Origin: an uncultured Actinomycetes bacterium
Lineage (GTDB): Bacteria; Actinomycetota; UBA4738; HRBIN12
Assembly (NCBI GenBank): GCA_963704725.1
Contig: OY969934.1
Span: forward strand, 1,184,001-1,248,000
Length of the DNA: 64,000 nt
Reading direction: 5' to 3'
Shown: one piece after another, positions 57,853 through 64,000 of the stretch
How positions within the stretch are numbered: the first letter of the stretch is position 1
How the letters are laid out: each line of letters opens with the position of its first letter
Notes under the pieces: model-generated
The model's input: the letters and a program-made list of their open reading frames with translations, nothing else
Database searches by the model: none
Told to the model about the DNA's origin: nothing
Made by a program: the position numbers and the translations under genes

Positions 57853-58989
57853 TCAGGGGCGGAGGGCGCGCTCCAGGTCGGCGACGAGATCGTCCGGGTG
57901 CTCGATGCCGACCGAGACCCGGATCAGCGTGTCCGGGACCTCGAGGGGCGAGCCGGCCACGCTGGCGTGCGTCATCGGGCCCGGGACCTCGATCAGCGAC
58001 TCCACGCCGCCGAGGGATTCGGCGAGGAAGAAGAGCTCGGTACGTTCGACCATCGCGACGGCCTCGTCGGCCGATCTCACCTCGAAGCTCACCATCCCGC
58101 CGAACCGCCGCATCTGGCGGACGGCGATGTCGTGCCCCGGGTGGGTGGGCAGGCCCGGGTAGTGGACCCGCGTCACCCTCGGATGGCCCGCGAGGAACTC
58201 GGCGATCCGCTCGGCCCCGGTGCAGTGCGCCTCCATCCGGACGGCGAGGGTCTTCACGCCGCGAAGAGCCAGGTAGCAGTCCATCGGTCCGGGCACCGCC
58301 CCGACGGCGTTCTGCAGGAACGCCAGGCGCTCCGCGAGCTCCTCGTCGCCGGTCACGATCGCTCCGCCGACGAGATCCGAGTGGCCGCCCAGGTACTTCG
58401 TCACCGAGTGGACCACGGCGTCGGCGCCCAGCTCCAGGGGCCGCTGCAGGTACGGCGTGGCGAACGTGTTGTCGACCACGCAGCGGGCGCCGGCCTCGTG
58501 CGCGATCCCGGCCACGCGCTCGACGTCGATCACTTTGAGGAACGGGTTCGTCGGCGTCTCGAGCCACACGACCGCGGTCTCCTGCCGGATCGCGGCTCGC
58601 ACGGCGCCCTCGTCGGACAGGTCGACGGTGTCGAACGCCAGACCCCACTCACCCATGACACGGGCCAGCAACCGGTAGGTCCCCCCGTAGACGTCGTCGC
58701 CGAGGACGACGTGGTCGCCGGGCCGGAGCGTGAGCAGCAGCGTGGTCGTCGCTCCCAGCCCGCTCGAGAACGAGAGCGCCCGACTCCCCGATTCGAGCGA
58801 CGCCAGCACCTGCTGGAGGGCCTCACGGGTGGGGTTCCCACCGCGCGCGTAGTCGTAGGCCTTGGGCTTGCCGACCGCCGGCTGCGCGTAGGTGGACGTC
58901 TGGTAGATCGGCACGTTGACCGCGCCGAACTCCCGGTCCGGCTCTTGCCCAACGTGGATCGCGCGGGTCTCGAAACGCGGCCCGCTCAT
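57853..58989 (-). CDS. metB: Cystathionine gamma-synthase/gamma-lyase
   Basis: [60 protein letters not shown]. Confidence 0.88.
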   Translation of the reverse strand: MSGPRFETRAIHVGQEPDREFGAVNVPIYQTSTYAQPAVGKPKAYDYARGGNPTREALQQVLASLESGSRALSFSSGLGATTTLLLTLRPGDHVVLGDDVYGGTYRLLARVMGEWGLAFDTVDLSDEGAVRAAIRQETAVVWLETPTNPFLKVIDVERVAGIAHEAGARCVVDNTFATPYLQRPLELGADAVVHSVTKYLGGHSDLVGGAIVTGDEELAERLAFLQNAVGAVPGPMDCYLALRGVKTLAVRMEAHCTGAERIAEFLAGHPRVTRVHYPGLPTHPGHDIAVRQMRRFGGMVSFEVRSADEAVAMVERTELFFLAESLGGVESLIEVPGPMTHASVAGSPLEVPDTLIRVSVGIEHPDDLVADLERALRP

Positions 58990-59828
58990 CGCATCTCCGG
59001 CGGAAGGGTCCATCCTCGTCTCCTCAGCTCGTCGACCGCGTCCTGCCCGGAGCGGGCCAGCGCCCACAGCGAGGACTTGCGCTTGGCGTCGTGGCCCGGC
59101 GCGAACTCTCGCGCCGTCATCGCCCTGCACGCGGGGTCGCCGCAGGCGCAGGCCGACATCCCCGGGAGCGACGGCTGGCCGGACGCCGGCGAGACGACGG
59201 CGCGCCGGTAGGGATGCGCGGGCAACGCGCCGGCCGGGACGACGATCTGGCCCTCCCGGGGGTCGCCCGGAGCGCTGAAGCGTCGCTCGAGCGCGTACCG
59301 GCCGGTCAGGGCGGCCAGCGCGGCGTCGACCTGGTCGGCGCTGCGGAGGGCCCGGGCATCCACCCCCTCGCCCCGGAGCACGTCGCGGCGCCAGGCGTGC
59401 ACGGGAACGCCCTTGGGCGGCAGGCATCCCGCCAGGATGACCGCGCTCGCGTGGGGGAAGACCTCGATGGCCGTTCCCTCGACCGACCCGCCGCGATAGC
59501 GGGGGAACGTCCCCGCGATCGCCCGGAACGCGGCGAACCCGACCGTCATCCACTCGTAGAACGGGTGCCCGGCCATCCTCTCGTCCGACGGCGTGTTGAA
59601 GCACTGGATGCCGAACCATCGCAGCTCTCGCTCGGTGAGGCGGGACCGTCCGCTCGAGGCCCACCCGGGCGGCGCATCGATCGCGACGACGTCGGGCCCG
59701 AGGTCCCGCACGAGCCGGGCGAGGTGGTCGACCTGTACTCGGCGGGCCGAGTCGACGATGTCGCACCCCTCCAGCAGGACCAGGTCGAGCCCCTTGCGGA
59801 CCCCGACGTCGATCCCGAGGGCGCGCAC
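58986..59828 (-). CDS. DUF429 family predicted RNase H-like nuclease with C-terminal Cys/His extension
   Basis: ALGIDVG, VVAIDAP, SRLTEREL, IEVFPHA, DQVDAALAA, EGQIVVP; C-terminal CACGDPAC..FAPGHDAK. Confidence 0.75.
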   Translation of the reverse strand: MRALGIDVGVRKGLDLVLLEGCDIVDSARRVQVDHLARLVRDLGPDVVAIDAPPGWASSGRSRLTERELRWFGIQCFNTPSDERMAGHPFYEWMTVGFAAFRAIAGTFPRYRGGSVEGTAIEVFPHASAVILAGCLPPKGVPVHAWRRDVLRGEGVDARALRSADQVDAALAALTGRYALERRFSAPGDPREGQIVVPAGALPAHPYRRAVVSPASGQPSLPGMSACACGDPACRAMTAREFAPGHDAKRKSSLWALARSGQDAVDELRRRGWTLPPEMR

Positions 59829-59835
59829 GACGCGC

Positions 59836-61203
59836 TCAGGCCCGCGGCCGGTGGGCCAGGAACTCGAGCAGGTCGCTCCGCGTGAGCACGCCGAGCACCT
59901 GCCCGGTCTTCACCACGAGGACCGCCGAGGCGTGTTGCAGGGCCTCGAACGCCACCTCGATCGGCTCGTCGAACTCGACCATCGTGAGCGGCGGGCCCAT
60001 CACCTCGGCGACGTCGGCCTGCAACGCGTCCGGGTCGCGGAAGATCCGATCGAGCAGCGCGTTCTCCAGGACGCCGCCCACGAATTGCGCGACGTCCACG
60101 GACGGCTCGCGGACCACGGGGGCCTGCGAGATCGAGTACTCGTGCAGGACGTCGATGGCCTGGCGCACCTTGTCGTGCGCGTTCACCGTGACGAGGGTGG
60201 GGAGCTCGCCGTGCTTGGCGTGCAGGAGCTGCTCGACCCGCACCACCTCGGGGCGTTCCATGAGCCCGTACTGCAGGAGCCAGGCGTCCGAGTAGAGCTT
60301 GGACAGGTAGTTGCGGCCGGTGTCCGGCAGGATCACCACGACGACGTCGTCCGGGCCGAGCTCCCGCGCGACCTCCAGGGCCGCCACCACCGCGGTCCCC
60401 GACGAACCGCCGACGAGGATGCCCTCCTCGCGCGTGATGCGCCGGGCCATGCGGAACGCATCCCGGTCCGAGACCCGAACGTAGCGGTCGATCAGCGACG
60501 GGTCGAACGTCGCAGGCCAGAAGTCCTCGCCGATCCCCTCGGTGAGATAGGGGTGCACGTCACCGGAGTAGATCGAGCCCTCCGGGTCCGCCCCCACCAC
60601 CACGATCTCGGGGTTCTGCGCCTTGAGGAAGCGCGCCGCGCCGGTGATCGTCCCGCCCGTCCCCACGCCCGTCACGAACGCGGTGATCGTCCCGTCGGTC
60701 TGGCGCCAGATCTCCGGCCCCGTCGTGGCCTCGTGGGCCGCCGGGTTCTCCTCGTTGAAGTACTGGTTCGGCTGGAACGCGCCGGGGATCTCCTCGGTGA
60801 GCCGGTCGGCCACGCGGTAGTAGGACTCGGGTGACTCGGGGGCGACGGCGGTCGGCGTGATCACGACCTCGGCGCCGTACGCGCGAAGCAGCGAGATCTT
60901 CTCCTGGCTCATCTTGTCGGGCATCACGAAGATGCATTTGTAGCCGCGGATGGCCGCCGCGATGGCGAGCCCGTGACCGGTGTTGCCGGACGTCGGCTCG
61001 ACGATCGTGCCACCGGGTCGCAGGAGTCCGTCCCGCTCGGCCGCCTCGATCATGCGAAGGCCGATCCGGTCCTTCACGCTCCCGCCGGGGTTCAGCATCT
61101 CGAGCTTCGCGAGCACCGTGGCCGGCGAGCCCCGGCTCACCCGGTTCAGCCGGACGAGCGGCGTCTGCCCCACGGCGTCCAGGAACGACTCGAGCACCTC
61201 CAT
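59836..61203 (-). CDS. cbs: Cystathionine beta-synthase with CBS domains
   Basis: NPGGSVKDRIG, EPTSGNTG, GVGTGGT, EGIGEDF, PDTGRNYLSK, C-terminal CBS pair. Confidence 0.93.
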   Translation of the reverse strand: MEVLESFLDAVGQTPLVRLNRVSRGSPATVLAKLEMLNPGGSVKDRIGLRMIEAAERDGLLRPGGTIVEPTSGNTGHGLAIAAAIRGYKCIFVMPDKMSQEKISLLRAYGAEVVITPTAVAPESPESYYRVADRLTEEIPGAFQPNQYFNEENPAAHEATTGPEIWRQTDGTITAFVTGVGTGGTITGAARFLKAQNPEIVVVGADPEGSIYSGDVHPYLTEGIGEDFWPATFDPSLIDRYVRVSDRDAFRMARRITREEGILVGGSSGTAVVAALEVARELGPDDVVVVILPDTGRNYLSKLYSDAWLLQYGLMERPEVVRVEQLLHAKHGELPTLVTVNAHDKVRQAIDVLHEYSISQAPVVREPSVDVAQFVGGVLENALLDRIFRDPDALQADVAEVMGPPLTMVEFDEPIEVAFEALQHASAVLVVKTGQVLGVLTRSDLLEFLAHRPRA

Positions 61204-61391
61204 GCGCCCTCTCCTCGTCCGCCTTCCGGGTCCCCGTCCGCGACGACCGACATGGTGTCACGAACCCGGCCCCCTGGTCGCGCGGGTCCGGGTCCGGCGA
61301 CGGTCCGGCCTGCGGAAACGCCTGGTGCGCTCGTACCGCTACACCCGCCGGGGTATCCTGCCGATTCCTCTCCCGGACAAGGGGATCGCTG

Positions 61392-62363
61392 ATGGCGTCG
61401 GTCGAGGATGCGAACGGCGAGGCCACCGCACCGGGTGGGGGGTCGGTGCTGGTCGTCGACGACGATCCCTTCATCGCGCGTCTCCTCGAGATCGAGCTGA
61501 AGGCCGCGGGCTACGAGGTCCGGGTGGCGGGCGACGGCCGCCAGGCGCTCGACCTCGCCACGGAGGATTGCCCCGACCTCGTGCTGGCCGACGTGATGAT
61601 GCCCAACATGGACGGGTTCGAGCTCACGCGGCAGCTCCGCCAGGACAGCCGGACGGCGTCGGTGAGCGTGATCATGCTGACCGCACGCGGGCTGTCGGCG
61701 GACAAGCTCGAGGGTTTCTCCGTCGGCGCGGACGACTACATCGTCAAGCCGTTCGACACGCCCGAGCTGCTCGCCCGGATCCGTGGCGTGTTGCGGCGAG
61801 CCAAGGAGATGCGGCAGCAGTCCCCGCTCACGGGACTGCCAGGCAACGTCCGGATCGAGGACGAGATCGAGGGGCGTGTGCGGCAGGGCGCGAGCTTCGC
61901 CGTGTTGTACGCCGACCTCGATCACTTCAAGGCGTTCAACGACCATTACGGGTTCATGCGCGGCGACCAGGTGATCCAGTTCACCGCCGCGTTGATGCAG
62001 GACGTGGGCCGGGAGTTCGGCGCCCCCGGCACGTTCGTGGGCCACGTGGGCGGTGACGATTTCGTGATGGTGTGCGAAGCCGACGAGGCGGAGGGGCTCG
62101 CGGAGCGCATCGTCCGCCGGTTCGACGAGGCCGTGCCGGGCATGTACGACCCGGACGACCGCACCCGGGGCCACATCCTCCTCGTCACCCGCCGGGGTGA
62201 TCACCAGGAGTTCCCGTTCCTGTCGATCTCGATCGGGGTCGCGACCACCGCCAAGCGCTCGTTCCGCCACTTCGCCGAGGCGGTGGCCATCGCCACCGAG
62301 ATGAAGTCGTTCACGAAGGCGACCGCCGGCTCGTCCTGGGCGGTCGACCGCCGGAGCACCTAG
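61392..62363 (+). CDS. Response regulator-diguanylate cyclase (REC-GGDEF)
   Basis: VLVVDDD/DVMMP receiver; SPLTGLPGN, DLDHFKAFNDHYG, GGDDF. Confidence 0.9.
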   Translation: MASVEDANGEATAPGGGSVLVVDDDPFIARLLEIELKAAGYEVRVAGDGRQALDLATEDCPDLVLADVMMPNMDGFELTRQLRQDSRTASVSVIMLTARGLSADKLEGFSVGADDYIVKPFDTPELLARIRGVLRRAKEMRQQSPLTGLPGNVRIEDEIEGRVRQGASFAVLYADLDHFKAFNDHYGFMRGDQVIQFTAALMQDVGREFGAPGTFVGHVGGDDFVMVCEADEAEGLAERIVRRFDEAVPGMYDPDDRTRGHILLVTRRGDHQEFPFLSISIGVATTAKRSFRHFAEAVAIATEMKSFTKATAGSSWAVDRRST

Positions 62364-63580
62364 ACCGGATCGGCCTCGTCCGCCGCGCCGCTCCCGCTCA
62401 CGGACCACTCGGACCCTTCCAGCGGACCGGGCCGGCCCAGGTAGTACCCCTGGCCGAGGCGAACCCCGAGCACCTGCAGGGCGGCGTGCTCCTCCTCGGT
62501 CTCGACGCCCTCGGCGATGACCTCGATCGACATCTCCTCGGCGAACGAGATCAAGGCGGCCGCGAGCGCCCGGCGCCGCGGATCGGAGTCGATGTTCGCG
62601 GTCAGGCTCACGTCGATCTTGATGATCTCGGGTGCGATCAGCAGGATGTGACGGAGGCTGGCGAAGCCGGCCCCCGCGTCGTCGATCGCCACCCGGCAGC
62701 CGAGCTCGCGCAGGCTCCGCAGGGACTCGGTGAGGCGGTCGTAATCCGTCACCGCCTCGTGCTCCGTGATCTCGATCACGACGCGAGACGCATCCGTCAT
62801 GGCGAGCGCGTCGCGGAGGTCGTCGGACTGGGCGGTCCGATGAGAGGCGTTGATCGAAAGGTAGGCGCCGGAGGGGACCAGCGGCATCGAGGCCAGCGCG
62901 TCGCGGGCGCACGCCAGCTCGAGGTCCTGCCCCAGGTCGGCCTCGGCCGCTTCGGCGAACCAGCGCTCGACGGGCCACGGGTCGTCGGCGGGTTCGAAGC
63001 GCGCGAGCGCCTCCATGCCGACGAGCCGGTGGCTCACGAGCTCCATGATCGGCTGGAAGGCCATCGTGCGGCCCTCGCCCTCGATCGCCGTCATGATGCG
63101 TTCGGTGCGCGATCGGCGTTCGGTGGAGAGGACCTCCTCGCGCTCGAGCTGGTCGGCGAGGTCCTTCACCATCCCCGACATCACCTCGGGGGATATGCTG
63201 GGGACCCCTCGGGCCGCCCGGCGGATCGCGCCGAGGATCTCGGACGGCTGCGTCCCCTTCACCAGGTAGCCGACGGCCCCGCCCTGCAGCATCCGCACGA
63301 CGGTGGCCCGGTCGTCGACCGCCGTGTGCGCGAGCACGCGGGTCGAGGGGAGCCGCCGTCGGAGCTCCTCGGCCACGCGCAACCCGCCGCCCGCCGGCAT
63401 CCGGACGTCGACGAGCGCGACGTCGGGCTTGGTCTGCTCGGCCAGCGCGATGGCCTCGTCGGCGTCCTTGGCCTGGCCGACGAGCTCGAAGTCATAGTCG
63501 GATGCGACGAGGTCGGCCAGCGCCGTCCGAAGGACCGGCTCGTCGTCCGCGATCAGCACGCGGATCGCTTCCTCCCCCAC
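62360..63580 (-). CDS. Response regulator-EAL phosphodiesterase (REC-EAL)
   Basis: IRVLIADDE receiver; FQPI, EALARF, EITE, DDAGAGFASL, IKID, AEGVE, QGY. Confidence 0.9.
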   Translation of the reverse strand: MGEEAIRVLIADDEPVLRTALADLVASDYDFELVGQAKDADEAIALAEQTKPDVALVDVRMPAGGGLRVAEELRRRLPSTRVLAHTAVDDRATVVRMLQGGAVGYLVKGTQPSEILGAIRRAARGVPSISPEVMSGMVKDLADQLEREEVLSTERRSRTERIMTAIEGEGRTMAFQPIMELVSHRLVGMEALARFEPADDPWPVERWFAEAAEADLGQDLELACARDALASMPLVPSGAYLSINASHRTAQSDDLRDALAMTDASRVVIEITEHEAVTDYDRLTESLRSLRELGCRVAIDDAGAGFASLRHILLIAPEIIKIDVSLTANIDSDPRRRALAAALISFAEEMSIEVIAEGVETEEEHAALQVLGVRLGQGYYLGRPGPLEGSEWSVSGSGAADEADPV

Positions 63581-63654
63581 AGCGTGGACCGTAGCCGCGG
63601 GTGGCGGCGCCCGCAACGGCGTTCGGCCCTATCATCCGATCGGAGGTGGGCCAT

Positions 63655-64000
63655 ATGAGCGCGCGCGAGATCCGAGCGCCCCGCGGGAGCGAGCGGTCGT
63701 GCAAGGGCTGGCCGCAGGAGGCCGCCCTTCGGATGCTGATGAACAACCTCGATCCGGACGTGGCCGAGCGTCCGCAGGACCTGGTCGTGTACGGGGGGAC
63801 GGGCCGCGCCGCCCGGTCGTGGGAGGCGTTCGACGCGATCGTGCGCACGCTCCGTGGCCTCGAGTCGGACGAGACGATGCTCGTGCAATCGGGCAAACCG
63901 GTCGGCGTGTTCCGCACCCATCCCATGGCGCCGCGCGTGCTCATCTCGAACGCCATGCTCGTGCCCAAGTGGGCGGACTGGGACACGTTCCGCGAGCTCG
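63655..64000 (+). CDS. hutU: Urocanate hydratase (3' end truncated by window edge)
   Basis: [53 protein letters not shown]; SD GGAGGT. Confidence 0.93.
   Translation, partial: MSAREIRAPRGSERSCKGWPQEAALRMLMNNLDPDVAERPQDLVVYGGTGRAARSWEAFDAIVRTLRGLESDETMLVQSGKPVGVFRTHPMAPRVLISNAMLVPKWADWDTFREL

Noticed and set aside
61204-61391. SAM riboswitch upstream of cbs
   Set aside because: No recognisable SAM-I or SAM-IV core; the region looks like a divergent promoter.
1-64000. CRISPR arrays, tRNA/rRNA, IS elements, integrases, prophage or defence genes
   Set aside because: None was recognisable by eye; intergenic gaps are short and the large ORFs have housekeeping or metabolic assignments.

Overview
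Gene-dense, very high-GC chromosomal segment from an Actinomycetota bacterium (SenX3/RegX3, the SCO1664/DUF3090/MSMEG_4193 triad, actinobacterial FdxA, CGNR zinc finger, frequent leaderless genes). I saw no rRNA, tRNA, CRISPR array, IS element or prophage. Main blocks: (1) 1-7.7 kb, envelope lipoproteins, a rhomboid protease, an ECF sigma/ogt pair and the kinase/phosphatase triad; (2) 7.7-22.4 kb, a phosphate super-cluster (senX3 divergent from pstSCAB-phoU-regX3-DUF47-pit-ppk1-CYTH/CHAD-mutT1-ppx) with 11-bp PHO-box repeats; (3) 23-31 kb, corA, an SLT/Rpf-like gene behind a long structured leader, ispH, and an internally doubled PhoU/RCK_C + 2x MgtE-like module; (4) 32.7-38.5 kb, a cyanophycin locus cphB-cphA-dksA-like facing a CphA paralogue with an N-domain remnant and intact Mur-ligase domain but no ATP-grasp domain (the best candidate for an undescribed system); (5) 38.5-48.9 kb, polyamine/GABA catabolism (MFS, gabT, PucR, three ALDHs, and a saccharopine-dehydrogenase-like gene with a +1 frameshift) with a shared candidate PucR operator; (6) 49-64 kb, F420/ferredoxin redox genes, iscA, reverse transsulfuration (cbs, metB-like), a REC-GGDEF/REC-EAL pair and the start of hutU. 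Product calls come from motif recognition by eye, not database searches. Start codons are best estimates.
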